From: Candidatus Latescibacterota bacterium
GTDB taxonomy: Bacteria; Latescibacterota; UBA2968; UBA8231
Assembly: GCA_965219385.1 (NCBI GenBank)
Contig: CBDCNM010000002.1
Coordinates: 220,639-284,638 of the forward strand
DNA length: 64,000 nucleotides
Reading direction: 5' to 3'
The notes below the pieces were generated by a model. That model was not told the DNA's origin. It did no database searches and saw only the letters and a list, made by a program, of their open reading frames with translations. This document shows positions 52,520 to 62,583 of this stretch, in pieces. Every line of letters begins with the position of its first letter. Position 1 is the stretch's first letter. The translations under genes were made by a program, and so were the position numbers.

Positions 52520-53077
52520 CTAGATAAAGGCAGGGTTTTTGAGGTATTCTGCGAGGCTTGTGGCCTTTTGGTCACGGCTGGATAACAGGGGGTCGTCAAA
52601 CGGCCAGTCTACCCCGATATCCAGATCGTTCCAGGCAATGGAGCCCTCAGAGGATGGAGTGTAATAGCCGGTACACTTGTACTGCACCTCGGCAAAGTCC
52701 GTCAGCGTGACAAAGGCATGGCCGAATCCGCTCGGCAGCATGAACTGCTTCATATTATCCGCCGAAAGTTCTACGCCTACCCATTGTCCGAACGTGGGCG
52801 ATTTAACCCGCAAATCGACCCCTACGTCAAAGATCGCTCCCACTGTACAGCGGATCAGCTTTCCCACCGGTGCGCTCATGTCCTGATAGTGGAACCCTCG
52901 CAATACCTTGTAGGCCGAACGAGAGTGGTTGTCCTGCACGAACTCGTAGTTTAACCCATGATCTGAAAAGTGCTGTTTGTGGTAATTTTCAGTGAGGAAC
53001 CCCCTTTCATCGCGGAAGATTCTGGTTTCAATGATGATAAGGTCTTCTATATCGGTTGGGCCCACACTGATGTCCAT
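52520..53077 (-). CDS. rfbC: dTDP-4-dehydrorhamnose 3,5-epimerase
   Basis: DERG, FVQDNHSRS, VLRGFHYQ, VDLRVKSPTFGQW, GFGHAF. Confidence 0.95.
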   Translation of the reverse strand: MDISVGPTDIEDLIIIETRIFRDERGFLTENYHKQHFSDHGLNYEFVQDNHSRSAYKVLRGFHYQDMSAPVGKLIRCTVGAIFDVGVDLRVKSPTFGQWVGVELSADNMKQFMLPSGFGHAFVTLTDFAEVQYKCTGYYTPSSEGSIAWNDLDIGVDWPFDDPLLSSRDQKATSLAEYLKNPAFI

Positions 53078-53185
53078 AAATCCGCCTGGTTGATCTGGAG
53101 AGTGGCGGACTTGCTTTTGGTCCGGATTTTCCTCGGAAAGCCTCACCGCGTCTCCCCCTTTGCGGACGATTTGTAGAGCAGAAAG

Positions 53186-53214
53186 AAAAGCCCTGGATTT
53201 TCCAGGGCTTTTTT
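53186..53214. terminator. Bidirectional intrinsic terminator
   Basis: AAAAGCCCTGGA-TTT-TCCAGGGCTTTTTT. Confidence 0.85.
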
Positions 53215-53228
53215 ATATGGTAGCCCGT

Positions 53229-53430
53229 TTGCAACCCTCTTCACGACCACTCACCGTCAGGCCCGAGAGAAGAAAGCCTTGTATTTGAAGGACTTATGGA
53301 AAGTCGGGGCTTTGCGCGGAGGCAGAAGCGGGGTTGAAGCCAAATTCTCCTTTTCCGAATTAATGTCAGCAAAAGCGGAAGCGGCGTCAAGATCACTTCC
53401 GCCCTTCAGGGTCAAAACAGCCGCTGTTGG
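53229..53430. repeat. Non-coding repeat copy B
   Basis: TGCAACCCTCTT...CACTCACCGTCAGGCCCG...GGTTGAAGCCAA...GTCAGCAAAAGCGGAAGCGGCGTCAAGA...CAGGGTCAAAACAGC. Confidence 0.85.
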
Positions 53431-53538
53431 GACATGGGATCCAGGATCTCCGGGTCGTCGTCGTTGACGACGCTGTTCGGCAAGAGTAAGACCCCAATAA
53501 AGCCCCTAATAGACCCCAATTAAATACGCCTCTACTAG

Positions 53539-54985
53539 CTCGATTTTATCCAAACGCGCATGGCAGGAGGCCGGTATCCTCCGTACTGTTGATGGTATCC
53601 AAGCATCGACAGCCCAGGAGAAACCGATGAGCCCCCTGCCGAAAGATATAATAACGATTTTGTCGCCCTTTGCCCCCCTTTTTTCGAGCCGCGTTTGGCC
53701 GCAGGCTCAGACGCTGTTGGTCGGGGCGCTGTTAGCCCCGGGTAAACGCACGGTCAGCGCCGTGTTGGAGGTGTTGGGCTTGAGCCAACAGCCTACCTTT
53801 CAAACCTACCACCGGATCCTCAACCGCTGTGTGTGGTCGCCCCTGGCCGGCAGTAAGCTACTCCTCCAGGCGTTGGTGGCCGCCTTTGCCCCCCACGGGC
53901 CCCTGGTCCTGGGCCTGGATGAGACCATCGAGCGGCGCCGGGGCGCCCAGATTGGGGCCCGAGGCATCTACCGGGATCCCGTCCGCTCGAGTGGGCCCCA
54001 CCTGGTCAAGGCTAGCGGCTTGCGCTGGCTGTCGTTGATGCTGGTAGCGCCTATCCCTTGGGCGGATCGAAGTTGGGCCTTACCCTTTATGAGTGTGCTG
54101 TGTCCGTCGGCCCGCTACTATACTCAGCGCCAGCGCACCCCCCTCACCCTGTTGCAACGGGGGCAGACTATGCTCAAGCTGGTAGCGCGCTGGCTGCCCA
54201 CCCGCCGGCTGGTCGTGGTCGCCGATAGCACCTTCTCCGCCTTGGCCTTTCTCGACGCGGTTCGGCCCCACGTGGGGCTGATTACCCGCTTGCGGTTGGA
54301 TGCGGCCCTGTATGACCCACCACCAACCCGCACGCCGCACACGCGGGGACGCCCCCGCGGCAAAGGCGCCCGGCAGCCCACCCTCCAGCAGCACCTGGAC
54401 GATCCGACTACCCCTTGGCACCCCCTCACCCTGGACCGGTGGTATGCCGCCGGCCCCTATACAGTGGAAACCTACAGCCAAACGGCGCTGTGGTATCACA
54501 CTGGCTTGCCCGCCGTGCCCCTCCGCTGGCTGCTGATCCGAGACCCGGCCGGCCGCTTCGCGCCCCAAGCCTTGCTCTCGACCGATGTGCGTCTGTCCCC
54601 TCGGCAAATGCTGACCTATTTTCTCCAACGCTGGTCGGTAGAAACTACCTTTGAGGAAGCCCGCGCCCATCTGGGCATGGAAACCCAACGCCAATGGAAT
54701 GAGCGGGCCATTGCCCGGACCACGCCGGTCATCTTGGCCTTGTTTAGTCTGGTCGCCCTCATCGCCAATCGGCTGGCCCCCAAAAGCGCCTCCCCCTGCC
54801 ATGCCACGGCCTGGTATGGCAAACGAAAACCCACCTTTTCCGATGCCGTGGCCTGGGTCCGACAACGGCTCTGGCAGGCTTTTTCCAACCTGCCCAACCA
54901 ACACGACCTGATAAAAATCCCTCGAAGCCTACTCAACCGCTTGATACACACCGTCTCGTACGCTACATAAATGGATAAAGTCGAG
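53539..54985 (+). mobile_element. IS701-like element copy 2 (transposase 53627-54970)
   Basis: Same 1447-bp length and IRs as copy 1, inverted; TACTAG direct repeats; proteins differ at one visible residue (N/D). Confidence 0.92.
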
Positions 54986-54990
54986 TACTA

Positions 54991-55944
54991 GGCTGTGTAC
55001 GATAAAAGGTTTTTGAGCCAAATACGGATGAAAGCGAGTATGATCATCGCCTGATACCTGTCGGCGTGTTTTTCATATCGGGTGGCAATGCGTCGGTTTT
55101 CTTTGAGCCGTCCGATGAGTCGTTCCACCACATTGCGCTGCCGATATAAGTCCTTGTCGAATCCGATGGCCTCAGGGGGATACTCCCCCTGCCGATTTTT
55201 TCGATGGGCGATCACGGGCTTGGTTCGCCGTTGGCGCAGTTTCTCGCGGATGGATTGACTATCATAGGCTTTATCACCGGCCAGGGCTTCAAACCGGGTG
55301 CGCTTGGGACCGGGTTTGCCTCCAATGGCCACTGAATCGAGCAAGGCGTCTACCTGGGTGGATTCATGCTGCTGACCCGGGGTTATGGTAACCGTGATGG
55401 GCTTGCCCGCCCCTTCACAAAGGACATGAATTTTGGTGGTATAGCCGCCACGGCTTTGCCCAAGCCCCTGTTTTTGAAGGCTTTCTTCACGGCTTATGGA
55501 AACACCATTTATGTTTTTTTTGCCCCGGCGGCTGCTTTATGCGCCCGAACGATGCTCCCATCGAGGGCGGCGAACGTAAAATCGATCTGATCCATATGGC
55601 GCGCTTGGGCTTCTAACGCATCCAGGATCTGTTGCCATAAGCCTTTTTGTTCCCAACGACGAAACCGGTCGGCCCCCGTGCTCCAAGGGCCGTACCGGGG
55701 GGGCAAATCGCGCCAAGGCGCGCCGGTGCGTAAAATCCAGAAAATGCCGTTGAGCACTTGGCGATGACTCCGATAAGGGCAGCCCGGTTTGCCCGACCGT
55801 TCGGCAGGTAACAACGGCTTTAGCAGGGCAAATTCTTCATCGGTTAAGTCGTAGCGGGCCATCGGTATCCCCTCCTTCGATTCAATGGTTGAAAGAGAGT
55901 ATACCACGTCCCAATACTATTTCAAGCAATTATCGTACACAGCC
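54991..55944 (-). mobile_element. IS5-family element (IS427-like, programmed -1 frameshift at A8)
   Basis: IRs GGCTGTGTACGATAA, TA duplication; GIFWILRTGAPWRDLP, SRGGYTTKIH, DKAYDS, RNVVER. Confidence 0.92.
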
Positions 55945-56063
55945 TAGCCTCGTACACGCCTCCACCGCGCCGCTGGACCGCGACCAGTGGATGCCATGCC
56001 GCCAGCCTGCGATTTTTCAACACTGCTAAGGCCCTGCCGTTCGCTGGCGTGAGGGATTAGTTA

Positions 56064-57938
56064 GAGCTTATTCGAAAAGTATTGTTTAGATCAAAAAAAT
56101 CTATACGGCGCAAAAAATAGGGATGTAAAAAAGTGCCATAACCATTTATCTTAGATGAAAGTTACTGACCGGTAATTTTCCCTAAGAGGACGATTATGGC
56201 ACACCAATCGGACGCGCGTATGTGGTGGTCGGAGCCGCTGGTTTGGGCGGCCGGTGATTGTGAAATGAAAAAAGTCTTGGACGAGGCGCTGACCTTGTTG
56301 GCGCGGTGCCCTGCGATTCTCACCCGTATTGAAGCCGACCAGGACCGGTGGGCCAAAGCCAAGAAAAAGATACGCCAGGCCGACCAGCGTTGGCAAGCGG
56401 CCCAGACCTTGCCCCTGCCCGGGTTGGTCTGGGACGAAGCGCCGGCGCCGTCGGCCGATACGCTGGAGTTGGCCTCGGGTCGTCCGCGCATGGGGGCAGA
56501 GCTGGTCTATGTTTGCAGTGTGTTGCGTGGCTATTTGGGCTCGCTGACCGACCAGGCCGCCAAGGATCGGCTGCTCGATTCGACGACGTTGCACTTGTAT
56601 TGGCATAGCCGCGGCCTGTATTTTCCGGGCTGGACGACGATGGTAGAAAATGTCAATGCCCTGTCGAAGGAGACCCGCCACTACATCCTGGATGCGCAAC
56701 TGGCGATGATCCTGGACGAAGGGCTGGACGATTTTTCTCAGGCCCTCCTCGATAGCACGGCGGTGGAAGCCAACTCGGCCTGGCCCACCGATGCGCGCAT
56801 CCTGCTGGGCTTGCTGGAACGCGCCTTTCGGCGCAGCCAACAACTGACCCGCTTTGGGCTGTCGAATATCCCTAAATGGTGGGTTCCTCAGTGGCTCAAG
56901 AAACTGCGTCAATTGCTGTTTAAGATCAACAATACGGTGGGCCAACCGAAATCGAAAGGGAATTTGAAGAAACACTACCGGCAGTTTTTGCATAATGCCA
57001 CCAAGATCCTCGCATACTTCCTGCCCTACGGCGTCGACCGCGATCCGGTGCAGGAAGCAGCCGACCGGCCGCCTAGCCAGCAGGCCTTGGTGGGGCGGTT
57101 GTGGGACCGACTGATAGCCGACCTGAGCGATGCCTGTGCCGTTTATCAATATACCGAGGAGCGAATTTTTGAGGGCAAGGTGCGGCCGGCCGCCCAGAAA
57201 CGGTTGAGTCTGGCCGACGACGATGCCGCCTTCATCACCTCGGTCATTGGTTACAAGCCGCAGCTGGTGCGCTCGGAGCACGGGTTTATCCCCGCGCTGA
57301 TCGTGCCCCAGGGCAATGAAGCCGACAGCCCCCAGTTGGTGCCGCTGGTCCGACAGATCAAGGCGCGCATCGGCGTCTTGCCTAAAAAGGTCAGTGCCGA
57401 TGACGGCTATACTTCGGAAGAGGGCCGCAACGATCTGATCAAAGACGGGGTGCAGCAGGTGTCGTTTAGCGGCAGCCAAGGGAAACAGCTTTTGTCGGAA
57501 GAGGAGTGGAGCCATCCCGACTATGTGTGCGCCCGCAAAGGTCGATCGGCCGTCGAATCGTTGATCTTCGTACTTAAGCATGTGTTTGCCTTTGGTCGCT
57601 TGCGGCGAAGAGGCCACTCAGAGGTCGAGGCGGAACTGATGGAAAAAGTGATCGCCTACAATTTTCGGCGCATGGTCGAGGTGCGCCAGGCCCGGGAAGG
57701 CCCCACCCAGAAAAAAGCCGCCTGAAAACCTCCCCAGACGACCGGCCGATGAGCGAACACGTCGCTTCATTAGGAGTCGTGCGGCTAAAAGGAACGGGGG
57801 GCCGATGCGCCGCCGACAAAAAGGACTCAGACCAGGCCACACCGGCTAAACAACCCAACAAAGGATACCTCGTTTAAACCAACAACAGCGAGACACAACG
57901 AAAAAGGGACTTTCACAAAAGGCTTTTCGAATAAGCTC
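56064..57938 (+). mobile_element. IS with 509-aa DDE transposase (56196-57725; IS5/ISNCY-like, family uncertain)
   Basis: 16-bp perfect IRs GAGCTTATTCGAAAAG, TAGTTA direct repeats; DST, ADDGY, RSAVES motifs. Confidence 0.9.
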
Positions 57939-58012
57939 TAGTTAGGCACAAATCTCACGCAGCGCCAGACCGTCATCCGCACGATCCAACAGGGCGAGGA
58001 TGTCCTGCGCCC

Positions 58013-58975
58013 CTACTCTTCAATAATGCCGTGCCGATAGAAGGTACGAGCAATCAGTGGATTCCACGGCAGGGACTCGTGCGGTGCGAACAGTTTCTCC
58101 AGGGTCAACCCGAAATGCAGCGTGCCGGAAGAGGTCACCTCCACGCGGTCGTCGTAGACCGCCACGCCCACGGAGCCGCCGCCAATCGAGTAATCCCGAT
58201 GGCACAGAGCGTTTGCCAGCGACTCACGCGTTGCCAGGGGTGGGTAGAGCGGTTTGTCGATCCGTTCGATGCGATCCGCTTCGATCCGACCGGCAATGGG
58301 CAGGGTCTCGCGTAGGAAGCGTTCCGCACTCGCGAGGAGCGCGAAGGCGTTGCCGTGGAACTGTCGGTTGTCCAGAAACTCCGTGCGGTCGACGCCCCGA
58401 AAACGGGCGACACGGAGCAGGCACTGCGGCATTTCGACCTCGATACGCTCGGCGTTACCGAACAGCACCACCGCCGCGCGCCACAAGACCCCATCCCGGA
58501 AAAGCCCCAGGCCGCGCAGCAACTCGTCGGGTCCCTGAGTCCCCGGGTCCTCCAATCGGCCTCGCCGTATCGCCTCCGCGACGGTGCGTCGGATCTCTGC
58601 CACATCGAGATCTTCGACCGATCACCCGGTGGCGGGCTGGTCCTCCCAGCGTTGTTCGCTGTGCATGCGCTCGAAGAGCATGCGGTTGTACTCGTCAGCC
58701 GACATCGCCACTGTGGTGTTGCCAACCCGTCGATAGGCGGTACCCCGGTATTGGTACGGTCTCGCAGACCCCTGACTCACGTGGACTACGACTACCTCTC
58801 GGTTTCCCGCTACTTGAACCCGCTCAACCGCTAGAAAGGCCGGTGGCTCGATCCTTTGGACTTCGGAGCTCAGCTCCTCAATCGTCCGCTCGCTCACCTG
58901 CTGGCCGACCACATCTCCCGTCGGCGTGACACCCAGGACATGCCCGCCGCGCTGGTTGAGCATGGCACACATTCG
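58013..58975 (-). pseudogene. Fragment of an AlbA_2/Schlafen + RecG-C (HATPase_c_4)-type protein
   Basis: CAMLNQRGG..LGV, AYRRVGNTT, RESLANALCHRDY, DRVEVTSSG, NPLIA; frameshifts, both ends missing. Confidence 0.8.
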
Positions 58976-59234
58976 ATCTCTCGCTTTATTGAAAATATAT
59001 GAAGGAACGATAGGGTAAACCAGTCCAAGACAGGGCAGGTGAGTGACATTCACTGGCCGGGGACGGGCATGCCGGGGAAGCGATAGTCCTGAAGGAGGAC
59101 CGGTATACCCTCGAAGAAGCGCTGGACAAGGCAGTGCGGGAGTTCGTGCCGACCAGGAGAATCGACAGGAAGGTAGGCAAGCCGCGCTAAGGAATCAGCC
59201 AAAGGTGGCGGCTGGCTATTTCTGGTAGGCCGTG

Positions 59235-59433
59235 TGCAACCCTCTTTATAACCACTCACCGTCAGGCCCGGGAGAATAACTCCTTTTTGGTTCAATGAGT
59301 TATGTAAATCCGGCCTGACGGAAGAGGGAGGAAGGAGGGTTGAGGCCAATTTCTCCTTCCCGATCAAAGTCAGAAAAAGCGGAAGCGGCGTCAAGACGAC
59401 TTTCGCATTCCCAGGGTTAAAACAGCGTTATTG
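59235..59433. repeat. Non-coding repeat copy C (most symmetric)
   Basis: Nested inverted repeats CAACCCTC/GAGGGTTG, CCGTCAGGCC/GGCCTGACGG and ATAACTC/GAGTTAT, plus the conserved right arm. Confidence 0.85.
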
Positions 59434-59595
59434 AGGCGTGAGGGCCAAGGATGTCCAGGTCGTCGTTCCCGAAGCTGGCGAGGGGACCGCCTTCAAGCAG
59501 AGGTTGCTTTTGTCCCCCGTTTGTGGTACATTGTCCCCTGTTGATGAAAGGCGGAGGTACGCTGATGCCACCTGTCGATGAAGGCGGAGGTAGCT

Positions 59596-59853
59596 ATGGC
59601 TAAGACCGAAATGATCCGTGCCCGCGTTGAACCGGAGTTGAAGTGCCAAGCTGAAGAGGTCTTCTCCGAGCTTGGGCTGTCGCCAACCGAGGCGATCACC
59701 CTGTTCTATACCCAAGTCACCCTGCATCGCGGTTTGCCCTTCGCGGTGCGGGTTCCCAACGACGAGACCATCGAAGCGCTGCGCCAGGCCCGCGCGGGCG
59801 AGGGGCTCACCGAATACGCCGACCTGGAGGCGCTCAAAGCCGAGCATGGTTGA
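59596..59853 (+). CDS. RelB/DinJ antitoxin
   Basis: IRARVEPELK...LGLSPTEAI...GLPF..PNDETIEA; upstream TTGTCCCC direct repeat may be the operator. Confidence 0.92.
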   Translation: MAKTEMIRARVEPELKCQAEEVFSELGLSPTEAITLFYTQVTLHRGLPFAVRVPNDETIEALRQARAGEGLTEYADLEALKAEHG

Positions 59854-59856
59854 TCC

Positions 59857-60123
59857 ATGCGCCTGCTCACCACGAATCGATTCGAAAAGGACCTCAAGCG
59901 TGCCGGGAGACGCGGCAAGGATCTCGATAAGCTCTGGCGTGTCGTTGAGCAACTCTTGTCACGACAGCCCCTCGACCCACGGAATCGGCCACACCGTTTA
60001 CCGGGTGATTGGTCTGCCTGCTGGGAATGCCACCTCGAACCGGACTGGCTGTTGATCTGGAACCAGGGGGAGGATGTCCTCATCCTGGTGCGAACCGGAA
60101 CCCACGCCGATTTGTTCGACTGA
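59857..60123 (+). CDS. YafQ-family mRNA interferase toxin
   Basis: FEKDLKR, HRLPGDW, ECHLEPDWLLI, RTGTHADLF. Confidence 0.93.
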   Translation: MRLLTTNRFEKDLKRAGRRGKDLDKLWRVVEQLLSRQPLDPRNRPHRLPGDWSACWECHLEPDWLLIWNQGEDVLILVRTGTHADLFD

Positions 60124-60505
60124 GTTCCCAGCCGGAAGCCATTCGTCGGCTCTCGGAATAAGTCTCTATTTTTCAGCAGGTTACCGAAAGGCTTGAAAGC
60201 GATCTGTTTGGGGTAACGCGCTGTTTCTTCGGACCTTACGGCACAACTCCTGATCGGTATTGGCCGAAAGATTGCGACCAAAATAGGCAAAAATAGTGGA
60301 CCAATGAGCACGTTATCCGCCAATCAACAAAAGTAGTACTATTCCCTGACTTCCAGTAACGGCGCGAGCTAGGAAACGTCGACATCGGGCGGGACGGGGA
60401 GGCGGCGATCGAGGATCTGCTGCGCCGGGCCGAGGCCGCGGGCGTGGTGCCGCCGGCGGACGAGGGATTGTTTATCGAGCGGCCTTGATTTTTCTAGCCG
60501 CGCGC

Positions 60506-61000
60506 CTATTCCTCCTCTGCGGGGCCGAGTAATTCGTCTAGTTTAGTCTTGAGCTTCTGCCCGTCTCCGGGCCGATACCCCTGGTGCTTGTACCATACTG
60601 TTCCATCGGTCGCAATAATCAGGGTCGCCGGGATGCCCACCAGGTGGAATTGCTTGAGCACCTCGTTGGTCTTGTCCAGCAAAACCGGCAACGCTAGCTT
60701 GTGGCGCTGCATAAAGGGATGCACCTTGGGCAGGTTCCTGGGGCCATCGACATTGATCGTCAGCACCTGTACACCGCGCTCGGCGTATTTTTCGGATAGG
60801 GATTGGAGCTTGGGCAGGCCCTTGATACAGGGCTTGCACCAAGTCGCCCAGAAGTCGAAGACCACCGGCCCTTTTTTGAGCGCCTCCGCCAGCGAAAAGG
60901 TCGATCCGTCGAGGTTTTCCAGCACCAGCTGCGGTGCCTTTTCTGCGCGGACCGTGCCGCCGAGCAGCAAGTAGGCCGCCAACGCAAAGATTGGTTTCAT
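60506..61000 (-). CDS. Exported TlpA/ResA-family thiol-disulfide oxidoreductase
   Basis: Signal peptide, DFWATWCKPC, cis-Pro GIP. Confidence 0.92.
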   Translation of the reverse strand: MKPIFALAAYLLLGGTVRAEKAPQLVLENLDGSTFSLAEALKKGPVVFDFWATWCKPCIKGLPKLQSLSEKYAERGVQVLTINVDGPRNLPKVHPFMQRHKLALPVLLDKTNEVLKQFHLVGIPATLIIATDGTVWYKHQGYRPGDGQKLKTKLDELLGPAEEE

Positions 61001-61057
61001 TTGAGGATGCCGTTCTCCATTTTGTATCTAGAGCAATTCATCTACAGGAGCCAAGCC

Positions 61058-62581
61058 ATGCGTTCGATTTTCGTGTTCACACTGCTTCTGGTGGCCCCCC
61101 TCCAGGCCCAGCTACGCCTTTCGACTCTGACCGAAGCCCAAGTCGGCAACCTACCTGGCGACCAGCCCAGTGACCTGCGCACAATTTACCACCAGTTCAG
61201 CCTTGACTACGCACTTGATGCCTTCCAGCTCGGGGTCCGCGGCGAGACCTTCGGCGCCAGCGCACCTAACCGCAACTACGGCCAGATCCTCCAGCGCTCC
61301 GCCTCCTACCGCCGGGGGCCTTTCCGAGCTACCGTCGGCCATTTCTACGCCATTGTTGCCAGCGGTCTTCTCTTTCACGCCTTTGAATTGCCCGGCGTCA
61401 TCACCGAAGAGCGGGGCGCCCGCCGCCGCTACCAGATCGTGCGCGACCTCGACGGCGTTCAGCTGCACTACCGTGCCGCCCGGGCCGAGGTGCTGCTTTT
61501 GCGCGGCGCTCCGGTCAACAGCAACCTGCCCCCCGGATTGGAGGGGGTTGACCGCCGCCCCGACGCGCTCCAGGGCGGCTCGCTCCAGCTCAAGCCGCAC
61601 CCGCACTTCGACGCTGGTTTCAGCGCTATCCGCTACGAAATCGGCAGGCGGCAAGAAACGGGCGCGGCTCTCAACGCCCGCTGGCGGCTCGCGCCCCTGC
61701 TCGACCGCCTCGGCCTCGCCGGGGCCTACATCGATCTCCACGGCGAGTACGCCCAGCGGGACGTTGCGCTCGATCGTTTCTTCTCGCTCGACCGCACACT
61801 GGGCCGCGCCCTGTACCTTGCGGCCACCCTGGCTTCCGGGCCCTGGGGATTGAGCCTGGAGTACAAAGACTACCAGGACTTCGCCCTCGAGCACATCAAC
61901 AATCCCCCACCCCTGATCCGCGAACACTCGGCCTACCTCCTCAACCGCAACACCCACGACCTGCTCGCCGACGACGAGCAAGGCTACCAAGCCGAGCTGA
62001 GCTGCGCCCTGGCCGGCGGCCGGACCCTCACCGCCAACCTCACCCACGCCGTGCGCCGCCGCGCTCCGGGCGCGGCCGACGACGAAGTCCTGCGCGAACT
62101 CTTTGTGCAAATGGATTCACCGCTGGGCCAACGCGTCGATGTGCAACTCTTTGCCGATTTCAGCCGCAATCGGATTCTCATTGACGACGAGAGCCGCTTT
62201 TTCGGCACGCGCTGGGCGTGGTCTCCGGACGGGTCCCACACCCTCGAGTTCGACGCCCAGTTCCAGGACGTCGATCGGCGCTTCGGCACTCTCGCCCTGC
62301 CCTACACCAACTTCTACTACGCCCTGGCGGCCCACCGCGCCCCCGGCCTCTCCGCCGCCGTGCAGGTCCAACGCACCTCCGACGAATTGGAAACCGGTGC
62401 CGATCCCTCCGGCGTGACCTGGTGGCGGGGCCTCAACCTCGGTGCTGATATCCGCGACGGCCACAGCCTCAATGTTTTCGCCGGCCAGCGCCGCTCGGGC
62501 CTGGCCTGCACGGCCGGTATCTGCTACGAGGTTTTAGGGTTTGAGGGGGTCGAAGTCCGGCTGCTCAACCGCTTCTTCTGA
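61058..62581 (+). CDS. Outer-membrane beta-barrel with C-terminal CxxxxC (DUF6029-like by recollection)
   Basis: Signal peptide (LQA-Q), amphipathic strands, NNPPPLIREH, GQRRSGLACTAGICYEV, terminal Phe; ATG 61058 after AGGAG. Confidence 0.7.
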   Translation: MRSIFVFTLLLVAPLQAQLRLSTLTEAQVGNLPGDQPSDLRTIYHQFSLDYALDAFQLGVRGETFGASAPNRNYGQILQRSASYRRGPFRATVGHFYAIVASGLLFHAFELPGVITEERGARRRYQIVRDLDGVQLHYRAARAEVLLLRGAPVNSNLPPGLEGVDRRPDALQGGSLQLKPHPHFDAGFSAIRYEIGRRQETGAALNARWRLAPLLDRLGLAGAYIDLHGEYAQRDVALDRFFSLDRTLGRALYLAATLASGPWGLSLEYKDYQDFALEHINNPPPLIREHSAYLLNRNTHDLLADDEQGYQAELSCALAGGRTLTANLTHAVRRRAPGAADDEVLRELFVQMDSPLGQRVDVQLFADFSRNRILIDDESRFFGTRWAWSPDGSHTLEFDAQFQDVDRRFGTLALPYTNFYYALAAHRAPGLSAAVQVQRTSDELETGADPSGVTWWRGLNLGADIRDGHSLNVFAGQRRSGLACTAGICYEVLGFEGVEVRLLNRFF

Positions 62582-62583
62582 CC

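Noticed and set aside
56151..57617. 488-aa antisense ORF and the many other long overlapping ORFs (e.g. 19812-21227, 12584-13585, 20486-21592)
   Set aside because: Shadow frames of motif-supported genes in GC-rich DNA, with no recognisable motifs.
52300..59500. CRISPR array or integron
   Set aside because: No regularly spaced repeats, cas genes or integrase in the window; only leader-like or attC-like resemblance, reported as a hypothesis.
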